58,040 bases of DNA from NCBI GenBank assembly GCA_038230375.1, contig JBBRNJ010000059.1, forward strand, positions 1 through 58,040, written 5' to 3'. Position numbers and translations under genes: made by a program. This DNA comes from Polyangiales bacterium. GTDB lineage: Bacteria; Myxococcota_A; Polyangia; Polyangiales; Polyangiaceae. Shown here piece after piece: positions 17,965 through 28,212 of the stretch. How positions within the stretch are numbered: position 1 is the stretch's first letter; every line of letters begins with the position of its first letter. The notes under the pieces were generated by a model. That model ran no database searches. It saw nothing but the letters and a program-made list of their open reading frames with translations, and was not told the origin of the DNA.

Positions 17965-18786
17965 ATGAAGTCTGTACTCGTCGCGTTTGTTCCCGTCGTC
18001 GTTGCCTTCGTCGCCACTGGTTGCTCGGGCGGCTCGTCGTCGAGCCCGTTCGGCTCCGACCCGAACTTCACGCAGATCCAGTCGCGCATGGCGCACCCGG
18101 ATGGGACGTTCAATCCCGCGAAGGCCGGCAGCGTGTTCGGGCAGTACGGCAGCTTGCAGTCCAGCTCGTCGTCGGCCGGTGTCGCTGGCAAGAGCGGCTC
18201 GACGTCCACGGCGAGCTACCGCCCCAACGGCTTGAAGCTCCAGGACGCGATGGGCGATGCGAGCCACAGCTGCACCGACATCAAGCAGGGCAATCTCACT
18301 GGCAACTGCGCATGTCCCGGCGGCGGCACCTTTGCGTACGACTTCTCGGAGTACAAGTCGGCGCAGCAGGGTTCGAACGGCAGCGCGGATGTCACGGCGC
18401 GCGTCGCCATGAGCTCGTGCGTCTCCGCCAACGGCGACATGATCGACGGCAAGGAGTTCGTCCACCTGCACGCCGACAAGAGCGGGGCCGCGTCGAACGC
18501 GTCGTTCATGCTCGTCCTCGATGCGACGCTCCGCGTGCAAGGTGTCACGCACACAGTCGACGTGAATGCGCTCTTCGACGAGAGCTCCACCACGGGCGCC
18601 AAGGTCCAGATCGCCGTCCAGGTGGACGACGGCTGGGTCGTGGTCGAGGCGAGCTCCTCCGCGGACGGCAAGTCCGGCTCCTACACGGTCCGCGACAAGG
18701 ACGGCTCGTGGACCTGCAGTGCAACCAACGGCGCCGGCACCTGCACGGGCACCGATGGCGTCTCGCACGCGTTCTCCGGAAGCTGA
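17965..18786 (+). CDS. Hypothetical lipoprotein
   Basis: GGAGG RBS, ATGC lipobox, typical codon usage. Confidence 0.8.
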   Translation: MKSVLVAFVPVVVAFVATGCSGGSSSSPFGSDPNFTQIQSRMAHPDGTFNPAKAGSVFGQYGSLQSSSSSAGVAGKSGSTSTASYRPNGLKLQDAMGDASHSCTDIKQGNLTGNCACPGGGTFAYDFSEYKSAQQGSNGSADVTARVAMSSCVSANGDMIDGKEFVHLHADKSGAASNASFMLVLDATLRVQGVTHTVDVNALFDESSTTGAKVQIAVQVDDGWVVVEASSSADGKSGSYTVRDKDGSWTCSATNGAGTCTGTDGVSHAFSGS

Positions 18787-18820
18787 AGCCAACCGCCTGG
18801 CGTCTTTGTGGAGGTCGAGG

Positions 18821-19297
18821 TCAGTGGACGCAGCGAACGATCGCCGACGACCCCATGTCTCTCGTCTCCATGAAGATGCCCGGAGTGAACGTGAAGATCC
18901 ACGCGCTCGTCGGCGTTGCGGCCACCGGCGTCGCCGACCAGTACGAGGACAGTGGCGCGCCCGAGAACACGGTGTGATCCCACTGCGGGCCCAGCGGCTC
19001 GCGCTCATCCACGATGCTGAGTAGCTCGCGGATGTTCGGAAGCCGCCAGCCGCTCGCGTAGCCGCCCAGGTTCAAATTCTGACAGCCGAGCAGCGCGTTC
19101 GTGAACGACAGGCCGAACTGCTGCAGCGGCACGCGCTGCCAGACAAGGCCCGTCTGCGTGTCGAGCGCCGTGTCCGTGTAGACCTTGTAGAGGTACGATG
19201 GCGCCTGCGCATCCGCGATGGGAAGCCCCGCGAACAGCGCGACGACGACCCCGAGGGCGATCGCCGGTAGCCGAGAGGTGAGGCCGGTGCGACGCAT
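18821..19297 (-). CDS. DUF1566 (Lcl C-terminal) secreted protein
   Basis: DTQTGLVWQ, GWRLPNIRELLSIVD, YWSAT, VRCV. Confidence 0.9.
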   Translation of the reverse strand: MRRTGLTSRLPAIALGVVVALFAGLPIADAQAPSYLYKVYTDTALDTQTGLVWQRVPLQQFGLSFTNALLGCQNLNLGGYASGWRLPNIRELLSIVDEREPLGPQWDHTVFSGAPLSSYWSATPVAATPTSAWIFTFTPGIFMETRDMGSSAIVRCVH

Positions 19298-19298
19298 G

Positions 19299-20024
19299 TC
19301 AGCCTCCCCTCACGCAGCGCACGGGGAGCGAGTACATCGCCGAGACGGCGGGGCCCGCGGTGCCATCATCGAAGGACACGACCCACGCCTTGTAGGTGGG
19401 GTTCATCATGGAGTTCTGGGCATCCAGCGACGAGCTCCAGAAGTAGTCCACAGGCGTAGCGGGGAACGCGACGCCGTTGATCGCCGGAGCGTGCGTGCCA
19501 AAGTCGAGGATGGACCAGAGCTCGATGCGCTTCGGCAATCGCCAGTCCGTCTGCCCCGCCAGCGTGAGCGTGTCGCAGTAATCCATTGCTTCCTGCCAGA
19601 GTCGCTTCGTCGGGTTCGGGTTGCGCTCCCACACCAGGAACGTGGTGCGATCCAGGACGGTGTCAGTGGTGACGGCGTAGTTGGCCGTGGCCGGTGACAC
19701 GACGGGCAGCGGCCACGCGGCCCACGCGCGATCGACGTTGCGGTTCGCGTCCGGCGTCCACTGATCGAGCGTGCTCGCGTCGGTCATGCCGCCGCCACCA
19801 GAGCCATCGCCCTTCGCGCCGTCGCTCTGCGTGGACGAATCGCTGGCGACCGCGCTGCTGCCATCCGCATTGCTCTGGGCACCGGTGCTGCCCTCCGAGC
19901 TCGCGTCGCCATCCGCGCTGCCGTCGCCACCGGAGTCCAGCCCCAGGATCGAGCGACAGCCCGCCAGCGCCACGAGTGACGCGAGGACCGTAACGGCAGC
20001 CTTTCGAACATCGACCCGCGGCAT
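19299..20024 (-). CDS. DUF1566 lipoprotein
   Basis: LAGC lipobox, DWRLPKRIELWSILD, FWSSS, VRCVR. Confidence 0.9.
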   Translation of the reverse strand: MPRVDVRKAAVTVLASLVALAGCRSILGLDSGGDGSADGDASSEGSTGAQSNADGSSAVASDSSTQSDGAKGDGSGGGGMTDASTLDQWTPDANRNVDRAWAAWPLPVVSPATANYAVTTDTVLDRTTFLVWERNPNPTKRLWQEAMDYCDTLTLAGQTDWRLPKRIELWSILDFGTHAPAINGVAFPATPVDYFWSSSLDAQNSMMNPTYKAWVVSFDDGTAGPAVSAMYSLPVRCVRGG

Positions 20025-20172
20025 GCGAACCTCCAGTCTATCGGTCAATGTAGCGGCCAACCAACGATTCGCGACACGTCGGCAGGTGCTCCCGCCAGTC
20101 ATCACGATCACTCGACAAATCGCCTGTTTCGACTACGGTGCGCGCGTGAGCCGGAGCGACGGGAGGAATCAG

Positions 20173-22029
20173 ATGAAACGCGGATTCAAAGGGGCGTTCG
20201 CGCTCGTCTGTGCGATCTCGTTTGCGGTCGCATGCGGCTCCAGCACGCGGCAAGGCTTCAATGACGGCACCGGGCCCGACGGCACTGGTGACGGCGGCGG
20301 ACTTGGAGGCGGCAACCTTGGTGAAGGCGGCAGCAAGGAAGGCGGGTCGCTCGGCCAGGCCCCGCAGTGCGCCGACGCGTCGTGCGCCTGCGCGCTCGCG
20401 ATGGGCATGTGGGACGGCAAGACGTGCACGCTCTCCGAGAACCCCGGCGCTGTCGACCCCGGCACGCAGACCAAGCTCGAAGGCGGCGGCAGCGCCGACA
20501 ACACCTTCAAGCTCGTCTACCCGTACGACAACACGGTGTTCGCGCGCGGCCTCATCGGGCCCACGCTTCAGTGGAACGGCACCGCCACCGACGCAACGTA
20601 CGTGCACGTCACCGCGCCCGGCGTGGACTACAAGGGCTTCTTCGGCAAGTCGAACCCGGGCCGCGCGCAGATCGCGAAGGCCATGTGGAACGTGATCACG
20701 ATCGCGCCCAAACCCACCGATCCCGTGAAGGTTGAGGTCACGAAGATCTCCGGCGGCAGCGTGACCGGCCCCGCGACCGAGACGTGGAAGATGGCCGCCG
20801 GCAGCCTTCGCGGCGTCATCTACTACGAGACGTACGGCTCCGCGATCCTCGGCGGCGCCGCATCCGTCGGCCTCATGAAGATCTCTCCGGGCGCCACTGC
20901 TCCCGTTCCCATCGCGAGCGGCTGCGGCAACGTATGCCACACCGCCAGCGCCGACGGCTCCACGCTGGTCTCCGCCACAGGTGGCTTCGGACTCAACTCC
21001 GTCAGCTACGACCTGAAGAACGGCGCGAAGATCATCAAGTCACAGACGGACCAGTCCTTCGTCTACGGCGGTCTCACGCCGAACGGCAAGCTCGTGATGT
21101 CCGCCACGAACTACCGGACGTGGTTCGGAGCCAAATCCAAGCTCTATGACACCGCAAGCGGCACCGCTCTCGCTGCACCTGGATGGGACGGCATCGTGTC
21201 CAACGCGGCCATGCCCAGCTTCGCGCCGGACGGCACCGCGATCACGTTCAACCATCAGGACAACGGCAAGGGGCACTCGCTCGCGACCATGTCGTACAAC
21301 GGCGGAACGCACACGTTCGCAGGCCTCACCGACGTCGCGACGGACGCCGTGCGCTTCCTGGGCTGGCCCGCGTTCACACCCGACTCGAAGGTGGTCGTGT
21401 ACCACGCAGGCACCAGCGATGCGTACGAGACCGACGCGAGCCAGGACGACGCCGGCGTGAGCCACGTCACCAACGGAGATCTCTGGGCAGTCGACGTGGC
21501 CTCCAGGAAGATGGTGCGCCTGGACAAGCTCGACGGCTACTCCGGCGCCACGTCCTACCTGCCCGCGAACGATCCCGATCTCAACTTTGCGCCCACCGTC
21601 CTGCCCGAGGCGGTCGGCGGCTACTTCTGGGTCGTCTTCACGAGCCACCGCTCCTACGGCAACACGCTCGCGTCCAAGGACAACAACGACGCGAACGGCA
21701 AGCTGTGGGTCGCGGCGGTCGACATTGGCGCACCAGCCGGCACGGACCCGAGCCACCCTGCGTTCTATCTGGACGGCCAGGAGTCCGGCGCAGACAACCT
21801 GCGCGGCTTCTGGGTGCTCGACCCCTGCAAGGATGACGGCAACGGCTGCGCGTCCGGCGACGAATGCTGCGGCGGCTACTGCAGGCCGAACTCTGGCGGT
21901 CTCTACGCATGCGTGACGAACCCGGGCGGGTGCTCGTACGAGTACGAGAAATGCGTCACCGCGGCAGACTGCTGCGGCATGAGCTCCCAGTGCATCAACG
22001 GAAAGTGCGCCGCGCCTGCGGTGAAATGA
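20173..22029 (+). CDS. Lipoprotein with TolB-like propeller and Cys-rich C-terminus
   Basis: GGAGG RBS, AVAC lipobox, PSFAPDG and PAFTPDS blades, YFWVVFTS, CxxxxECC tail. Confidence 0.8.
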   Translation: MKRGFKGAFALVCAISFAVACGSSTRQGFNDGTGPDGTGDGGGLGGGNLGEGGSKEGGSLGQAPQCADASCACALAMGMWDGKTCTLSENPGAVDPGTQTKLEGGGSADNTFKLVYPYDNTVFARGLIGPTLQWNGTATDATYVHVTAPGVDYKGFFGKSNPGRAQIAKAMWNVITIAPKPTDPVKVEVTKISGGSVTGPATETWKMAAGSLRGVIYYETYGSAILGGAASVGLMKISPGATAPVPIASGCGNVCHTASADGSTLVSATGGFGLNSVSYDLKNGAKIIKSQTDQSFVYGGLTPNGKLVMSATNYRTWFGAKSKLYDTASGTALAAPGWDGIVSNAAMPSFAPDGTAITFNHQDNGKGHSLATMSYNGGTHTFAGLTDVATDAVRFLGWPAFTPDSKVVVYHAGTSDAYETDASQDDAGVSHVTNGDLWAVDVASRKMVRLDKLDGYSGATSYLPANDPDLNFAPTVLPEAVGGYFWVVFTSHRSYGNTLASKDNNDANGKLWVAAVDIGAPAGTDPSHPAFYLDGQESGADNLRGFWVLDPCKDDGNGCASGDECCGGYCRPNSGGLYACVTNPGGCSYEYEKCVTAADCCGMSSQCINGKCAAPAVK

Positions 22030-22033
22030 GCCG

Positions 22034-22483
22034 ATGACCAAGCTACAACGCACGACCGCGCTGATGGGTGCGCTCTTGCTCCTCATCGGCCTCTTGACCG
22101 GCGGGCTGCTCGCGGCCGCGATGAACGGCAAGGTGATGGCCACCGTGCACGACGTCCGCGCTGCGCACCTGAACGCGGTGCTCGGTTGCTTCTGGATCTG
22201 CGCTTACGCGGCGACCATGCCCATGCTGGGCTTCGGTGAGCGCGGCGCGCGACGGCTCGCCATCCTCACCATCATCCCGAACTACGGCAACTGGCTCATC
22301 ACCACGGTCAAGGCGTTCCTGCACGTCGCCGGGGTCGCGCTCGACGGCGATTCGAAGAACGACGCCGTCTTCACCGCGCTCACTGCCGTCGTGGTGGTGC
22401 CGTCGCTGGTCGCCGCAGGCGCGTGGGTGTACGGGCTCTACATCCGCGGCCCGCGCGCAGAGGCCTCCACCCTGCGGCAGTAG
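22034..22483 (+). CDS. Small 4-TM membrane protein, possibly styrene oxide isomerase (StyC)-like
   Basis: Four hydrophobic segments, LLxGLLTG, AHLNA, NYGNW. Confidence 0.55.
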   Translation: MTKLQRTTALMGALLLLIGLLTGGLLAAAMNGKVMATVHDVRAAHLNAVLGCFWICAYAATMPMLGFGERGARRLAILTIIPNYGNWLITTVKAFLHVAGVALDGDSKNDAVFTALTAVVVVPSLVAAGAWVYGLYIRGPRAEASTLRQ

Positions 22484-22560
22484 TCCGATGCCGCGCCTGA
22501 CGGCACGTAAAAGTGAGCGTCGGACTCCAACGATTCGGCGACAGCTGCGTCCAACGGTCG

Positions 22561-23277
22561 ATGCGGTGGCTGCTAGCGCTGGTGCTCGGGGTCCTGCTCG
22601 TGGCGCTCTCGCGCGTGGCGCTCGCGGACGATCTCTGCGCGGGCTGCCGCCTATCCCTCCCCGAGGGCACCGACAAGGTGCCGCTCGTGGTCGCGCTTCA
22701 TGGTGACTATCAGCCGGTGTCGACCATGCACGACGCGTGGCGGCGCATCGCGGTTCCGCGGGGCGTGGCAGTGCTGTCGCTTGCGTGTCCGACGAACCTG
22801 GGATGCAAGGGCAGCTGGTGGCGTTGGGACGGCGCGCCGTCGTGGATCCTGGGCGAGATCGCGAAGGTCGAGCAACGCCGCGCGATCGATCGTGATCGCC
22901 TCTACCTCGCGGGCTGGTCTGGCGGCGGCTCGTACATGGGGTGGCGAGCACCGGAGCTTTCGCAGACCTTCGCCGCGTTCGTGATCCAGGGTGGAGGTAT
23001 GCCACCACCCACGACCACCTGCGCAAGCGAGAAGACCCCGGTCTACTTCCTGGTTGGCGATAGGAACCCGTTCCACCAGCTGGCGAAGAACCTCCGCGAC
23101 TACTTCAAGACCTGCGGCTCCGACGTCACCTGGGACCTGTTGAAGGGAGCGGAGCACCCCGAGGAGTGGAACGCCCTACCAACGCGAGGCAGGAAGGTGA
23201 TGGACTTCCTGCTGGCCCACCCGAAACCAGCCCCGACCCCCACCCCGACACCGACCCCCACCCCGACACCGACGTAA
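22561..23277 (+). CDS. Secreted alpha/beta hydrolase (esterase)
   Basis: Signal peptide, PLVVALHG, IDRDRLYLAGWSGGG, GAEH, PT-repeat tail. Confidence 0.85.
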   Translation: MRWLLALVLGVLLVALSRVALADDLCAGCRLSLPEGTDKVPLVVALHGDYQPVSTMHDAWRRIAVPRGVAVLSLACPTNLGCKGSWWRWDGAPSWILGEIAKVEQRRAIDRDRLYLAGWSGGGSYMGWRAPELSQTFAAFVIQGGGMPPPTTTCASEKTPVYFLVGDRNPFHQLAKNLRDYFKTCGSDVTWDLLKGAEHPEEWNALPTRGRKVMDFLLAHPKPAPTPTPTPTPTPTPT

Positions 23278-23645
23278 ACGGTACTGCTGGTCCTTTGATC
23301 GCGACGCGGCCGCCGGACGGACTCGTCACGGGTGGGCCACTGCGGTCCACGTCTCAGGCAGTACACCCCGCAGGTGAACTTTTACCGACCGATCGCCCGT
23401 TTTTTGCGGATTTCCCACACAAGTGTACTCCTACCAGGTGTACTTGCTCGAGGGTACGCGGGGAGAGCCTACCCCCGGTGCCACCCGCGACCACACGGCG
23501 AAATGCTGTTCCACGGGCCGCGCACTCCTCGTTTTGCACGACCAAAGAACGCGGCGCTGGCGGTGTCCATGGTGCTGGCGCGGGGATCTGGCCAGAGGTT
23601 GTCGGGGCTGTTCGCGGGAACGCCTGTTGCTACAGAGGACTCACC

Positions 23646-24536
23646 ATGAAGACTTCGGTGCTTGCCGCGGTGACTGCTTGTATGTGCCTCTCGCTGGGTA
23701 GCGCCCGTGCGACGCCGTCCTCCACGGAGCCCGACCCTTCAGATGAGCCCACGAGCACGCCCACCACGGACCTGCTCTCGGCGCCGCTCGCGATGGATGT
23801 GCTCGCGGCGGCGGACGGGGAGAGCGGCGGTGCGCTCGGTGGACACGCGGGCGCTTCTGCGGTCGCTCGTGGCAGTGGACCGAACGGCACCTACACGCTC
23901 GCGGACACCATGAGCTGGATGCACGCGGACACGGGACCCATCTCTGCGTGGGCGCAGGAGACCGCGCTGGATCGGCCGGAGATCGCCGCGCGCATCGCGA
24001 TGTGGGCACCGGCGCTTCCGGAGTCTGCAGGCGGCGCGATCGCGCTCTCCAGCGCGGGCTCCGGCGGCGGTGCGCCCTCCGAGAACGTCTCCGTGCATGT
24101 GGCGACGGTCGGTCATGGCGACGCCGATACAGAAGGCTCGGCGCTCGGGCCGCGCGGCGTTGGCGTGGCCGCGGACGGAACGGAGCGTGGCCATCGAGGC
24201 GCGCGAATCTCGCTGCGTGACGTGGACGTGGACGTGGGGCACGGCCTTCCGCGCGCCATCGTGCAGGGCGTGGTCCGTCAGAACTTCGCGCGCATGTCGG
24301 CGTGCTACGGCGTGGGGCTGCGCGACAAGCCCACGCTGCACGGTCGCGTGGCGGTGAAGTTCGTGATCGGTGAAGACGGCTCGGTGGAGCTCGCGCAGGA
24401 CGCTGGCTCTGCGCTGCCGGACGACGCGGTCGTGAACTGCGTGGTGCGGAACTTCCAGGTGCTGACGTTCCCGCCGCCCGAAGGCGGCAAGGTGACCGTC
24501 ACCTACCCGCTCGTGTTCGCGCCGCAGCCGGAGTAG
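23646..24536 (+). CDS. AgmX/PglI C-terminal (TonB-C-like) domain protein
   Basis: VVRQNFARMSACY, LHGRVAVKFVI, VVNCVV, LTFPPPEGGKVTVTYP. Confidence 0.85.
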   Translation: MKTSVLAAVTACMCLSLGSARATPSSTEPDPSDEPTSTPTTDLLSAPLAMDVLAAADGESGGALGGHAGASAVARGSGPNGTYTLADTMSWMHADTGPISAWAQETALDRPEIAARIAMWAPALPESAGGAIALSSAGSGGGAPSENVSVHVATVGHGDADTEGSALGPRGVGVAADGTERGHRGARISLRDVDVDVGHGLPRAIVQGVVRQNFARMSACYGVGLRDKPTLHGRVAVKFVIGEDGSVELAQDAGSALPDDAVVNCVVRNFQVLTFPPPEGGKVTVTYPLVFAPQPE

Positions 24537-24562
24537 CCGGAGGTCCGTTTCCGCGGGCCACC

Positions 24563-24589
24563 TGTAACCTTTCGCGACCCCCGTTCGTG
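24563..24589 (+). promoter_or_regulatory. Candidate ECF41 promoter TGTAACC-N16-CGTG
   Basis: Resembles the ECF41 consensus TGTCACA-N16-CGTC and sits upstream of the oxidoreductase-ECF41 pair. Confidence 0.55.
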
Positions 24590-24630
24590 AGCATGGAAAG
24601 CGCGCAATGGGTCGCGCGCGGAGGTGACTC

Positions 24631-25914
24631 ATGGGCGCAACGGACGTGGCGGTGATCGGCGGTGGTCTCTCGGGGCTCGTGGCAGCGGCGCGCGCGGCGG
24701 ATGCAGGCGCCAAGGTGACGCTCCTCGAGCGGGCGGGCGTGCTTGGCGGACGCGCAACCTCGCAGGTGGAGCATGGCTCCACGTTGAACCAGGGCCCTCA
24801 CGCCCTCTACGTAGGCGGCGCCGCGGCCCGCACGCTGCGTGAGCTCGGCGTGTCGTGGACGGGCGCTGCACCAAACTCGCCCTACTTCTTCGCCGAGTCC
24901 GAAGGCGCGCTCCACGCGATGCCAACCTCCACGTTCGGCCTCCTCAAGACGAACTTGCTGGGCTTCGCGGACAAGCTTTTGCTCGCTCGCGCTCTGTCGG
25001 GTATGAGCGACGACCATGCGCTCGACGACGTGCCCGCATCCGTCTGGATCTCGCGACTGCTCTCCGGGCGCGCCAGGAACTTCCTGTCCGCGCTCGTCCG
25101 CGTGTCCACGTACGCGGCGGATCTGGAGCAGCTGTCTGCCGGAGCGGCCATGCGGCAGCTGCGCCTCGCGAGCAAGAAGGGCGTCATCTACGTGGACGGC
25201 GGCTGGCAACACCTCGTCCACGAGCTGGCGACGCGCACGCGTGAGCGCGGCGTGACGATTGTCCTTGGCGGCGCCGCACGGCGAGTGTCACACGAGGCTG
25301 GCCACTGGAAGGTCGAGACAGAGGGCGCAGAGCCGCTCTTCGCGCACGCCGTCGTTCTTGCGGTGGCGCCGCGCGTGGCGCACGCGCTGGTCCCCGGGAG
25401 CGACGACCTCCTTCGGGCGGCGAATGAATGCGTGCCCATTCACGCCGCGTGCCTGGACGTGACTCTCTCGAAGCTGCCGAACCCGCGCCACCACTTCACG
25501 CTCGGGCTCGACAGCGCCGACTACCTGTCGTTGCACAGCGCCTTCGCGCGCATCGGTGATCCCGGCGCTGCGGTATTCCACGTGGCGCGGTACCTGCGCG
25601 GAGAAGAAGGTCGCGGGGACGACGCCGCACGCGTCAGGGGCGAGCTCGAGGCTCTGCTCGACCGCGCGCAGCCCGGCTGGCAAGAGCATGTATCTTACAC
25701 CCGATTCTTGCCGCGGATGGTCGTATCGAACGCGCTGCCGCTCGCGAAGAGCTGGGGCAGGCGCGCCGCCGCGCTGGTAGCGGATACGCCTGGGATCTTC
25801 TGCGCCGGCGACTGGGTTGGTGACAGCGGCATGCTGGCGGACGCCGCAGCGGCGAGCGCGAACGTCGCGGGCGTGCTTGCACGAGGGACACTCTCGGCCC
25901 GGGCCGTGGCATGA
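24631..25914 (+). CDS. FAD-dependent oxidoreductase, phytoene dehydrogenase-like
   Basis: DVAVIGGGLSGL, LGGRA, NQGPHALY, YVDGGW, AGDWVG. Confidence 0.9.
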   Translation: MGATDVAVIGGGLSGLVAAARAADAGAKVTLLERAGVLGGRATSQVEHGSTLNQGPHALYVGGAAARTLRELGVSWTGAAPNSPYFFAESEGALHAMPTSTFGLLKTNLLGFADKLLLARALSGMSDDHALDDVPASVWISRLLSGRARNFLSALVRVSTYAADLEQLSAGAAMRQLRLASKKGVIYVDGGWQHLVHELATRTRERGVTIVLGGAARRVSHEAGHWKVETEGAEPLFAHAVVLAVAPRVAHALVPGSDDLLRAANECVPIHAACLDVTLSKLPNPRHHFTLGLDSADYLSLHSAFARIGDPGAAVFHVARYLRGEEGRGDDAARVRGELEALLDRAQPGWQEHVSYTRFLPRMVVSNALPLAKSWGRRAAALVADTPGIFCAGDWVGDSGMLADAAAASANVAGVLARGTLSARAVA

Positions 25915-25924
25915 TCCGCGGCGC

Positions 25925-26851
25925 ATGAGCCACAGGTCCGAGCTCGACGCCCTGTACCGCGCGCAGCGCGAGCGCGTGTGGGCGATCGTGTACCGGATGA
26001 CTGGCAGCGCGGCTGACGCGGACGACCTTGTCCAGGATGCGTTCGTGAAGGTCGCGCAGAACGCGCCGGACGGCGACCTGGGTCCGTGGCTCACACGCGT
26101 GGCCATCAACGGCGGGATCGATCTCTTGCGACAGCGAAAGCGGCGCGGGTACATCGGCCCCTGGTTGCCGGAGCCCATCGACACGGGAGAGCAGAGCGCC
26201 GCCGACGATCATGCCGAACGCGCAGACCGGGCGGAGCGGGGTGCGGCGCAGCGCTACGACATGCTCGAGAGCGCGTCGTTCGCGTTCCTTGTCGCGCTCG
26301 AGGCGCTCACGCCACGGGCGCGCGCGATCCTCCTCTTGTGCGACGTGTTCGACTTCTCCGTCAAGGAGGCGGCCGCGCATCTCTCCATGAGCGAGTCGCA
26401 CGTGAAGGTGACACACCACCGGGCACGTCGCGTGATGGGGACCTACGACCACGCACGCACGATCCCGACCCGTGCGCTCCAGGGCAAGACGCGCGCGGCG
26501 CTCGCCACGCTCATGACCGCCCTCGTGACCGGCGACCTCGAAGGCGTCGCCGCAATGCTGGCAGAGGACGTCACGAGCACGACCGACTCCGGAGGTCAGT
26601 TCACAGCCGCGCGGGTCCCCGTTCGCGGCCGCGCGAAGGTCGCGCTCTTCTGGACGAAGGTGGGAAGGCACGACGACGTCCGCGTCGAGCTCCGCATGCT
26701 GAACGGACTGCCTGCGCTCGTGACGACGATCGAAAAGGCTCCCAAGGGCATCGCCCCGCGCCTCACGCTTCAGATCGAATTGAACGCAGACGGCCAGGTG
26801 TCAGGAATGCATGCAGTCCTTGCGCCGTCGAAGCTCACGCGACTTTTCTGA
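25925..26851 (+). CDS. ECF41 (SigJ-like) sigma factor with SnoaL-like extension
   Basis: YRMTGSAADADDLVQD, YIGPWLPEP, DSGG, APSKL in place of NPDKL. Confidence 0.9.
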   Translation: MSHRSELDALYRAQRERVWAIVYRMTGSAADADDLVQDAFVKVAQNAPDGDLGPWLTRVAINGGIDLLRQRKRRGYIGPWLPEPIDTGEQSAADDHAERADRAERGAAQRYDMLESASFAFLVALEALTPRARAILLLCDVFDFSVKEAAAHLSMSESHVKVTHHRARRVMGTYDHARTIPTRALQGKTRAALATLMTALVTGDLEGVAAMLAEDVTSTTDSGGQFTAARVPVRGRAKVALFWTKVGRHDDVRVELRMLNGLPALVTTIEKAPKGIAPRLTLQIELNADGQVSGMHAVLAPSKLTRLF

Positions 26852-27003
26852 ATAATTACAATCGCCTTCCGTGTACGCCGAAACCCGCGCCGCTGGAAAA
26901 AAGGGGCTCGGTGGCGAAATCGACAGGGTGTGCTTTACAGCTGGGGCGAGTCGCAGCGTCTCCATTGTAGAAGTCTCCACTCTTACTCCTGTCGAGGTGC
27001 TCC

Positions 27004-28209
27004 GTGAGCCGTCTTGTTCGTTCCCTCTCCGCGTGTGCAATCCTGGGCGCTGCGTTCGGTTGTGGCGGTCTCGCCAATCCCGACGGCTCGATCGCGACCG
27101 TCTCCGGAAACCTGAAGGGCACGGCCCCGAACGGCTCGCATGTCGCGCTGGTGTGGCACTCGCCGAAGGGTGAGTTCGTCGTGACCAACGACACCGCGGT
27201 CGTGAACGGCACGTTCTCGTTCGACCTCGAGGGCGCGCCCGACGACTCGCTCTTCAGTGTGCTCGCGTCCGGTGGCAATAGCTCCAACGCGACCCCTCCC
27301 TCCACCGGCGCCAGCGGCGGCGGGTCTGGCGGCGCGGCTCCGAGCGGCACGCCCGGTGCGGCTTCGTATGGCCTCTCGCTCCTCGACACGGTGAGCGGCA
27401 CGGTCAGCGCGCCCCTCACCTTCGCGGTCGCGGGCTTCGTGGTCTACGAGGACCAGAACGGAAACGGGAAGCTCGATCTCACCGGCTCCAACGCGGACTC
27501 ACCCGACAAGATCGTCGGGGGCTCGAAGGAGCTCCTCCTCACGTACCTGCGCGACGGCAGCGATCTCGAGCTCGAGAAGCTCCGCGACTCCGCCGGCCAG
27601 AAGCCCACGCGCGGCTACCAGCTCGCATGGATCCCGAAGGGTCGCTGGCTCCCGCTCACCGGCGTGGACCTCACGATCGGCGTGAGCGTTCTCCCCGACG
27701 ACGTCTGCTACGGCGGCACGGGCAGCGTGAACAGCACCACCCTCGACGTGAGCGGCAGCAACGGCAGCAGCAGCGGTGGTGTCGATCCGGGCGTACCCAT
27801 GGTCACCGACGGCGGCACGACCGTGGACGCGAGCGCAGACGACGCTGGCGTGGACACGGACGGCGGTTCGGCGGGCGGCGGCGGCTACCCGTCCTCCTCG
27901 GACCCCAACCTTCGCTGCTCGAGCGACGGCCGTAGCTTCACGTACTCCTGCAACTACGACGCGGGCACTGGCGGCGGCACCTTCGATGCCGGCACTGGTG
28001 GCTCGACCAGCCGTGGCCTCTGCGGCGCCACATTCGACAACGGCAACGTGACCGAGCCTGCGGGCGGCGTGCTGTACGATTGTTTCCCGGGCGCGAGCAT
28101 CGGCCCGAACGACGCGATCCCCAGCGGCTGGCCCTGCAAGGTCGCGATGGACGCATCCGACGGCGGCTCCGCGGTCGACGCTGGCCCCGCTTCTGACTCA
28201 GGCAAGTAG
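27004..28209 (+). CDS. Hypothetical lipoprotein, first gene of the ECF/caspase operon
   Basis: AFGC lipobox, YEDQNGNGKLD EF-hand-like Ca motif, DAG repeats. Confidence 0.8.
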   Translation: MSRLVRSLSACAILGAAFGCGGLANPDGSIATVSGNLKGTAPNGSHVALVWHSPKGEFVVTNDTAVVNGTFSFDLEGAPDDSLFSVLASGGNSSNATPPSTGASGGGSGGAAPSGTPGAASYGLSLLDTVSGTVSAPLTFAVAGFVVYEDQNGNGKLDLTGSNADSPDKIVGGSKELLLTYLRDGSDLELEKLRDSAGQKPTRGYQLAWIPKGRWLPLTGVDLTIGVSVLPDDVCYGGTGSVNSTTLDVSGSNGSSSGGVDPGVPMVTDGGTTVDASADDAGVDTDGGSAGGGGYPSSSDPNLRCSSDGRSFTYSCNYDAGTGGGTFDAGTGGSTSRGLCGATFDNGNVTEPAGGVLYDCFPGASIGPNDAIPSGWPCKVAMDASDGGSAVDAGPASDSGK

Positions 28210-28212
28210 GTT

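Noticed and set aside
18821..20024. Diversity-generating retroelement targeting the DUF1566 pair (or the FGE-like domain at 42600-43547)
   Set aside because: No reverse transcriptase and no template repeat differing only at adenines was seen in the window.
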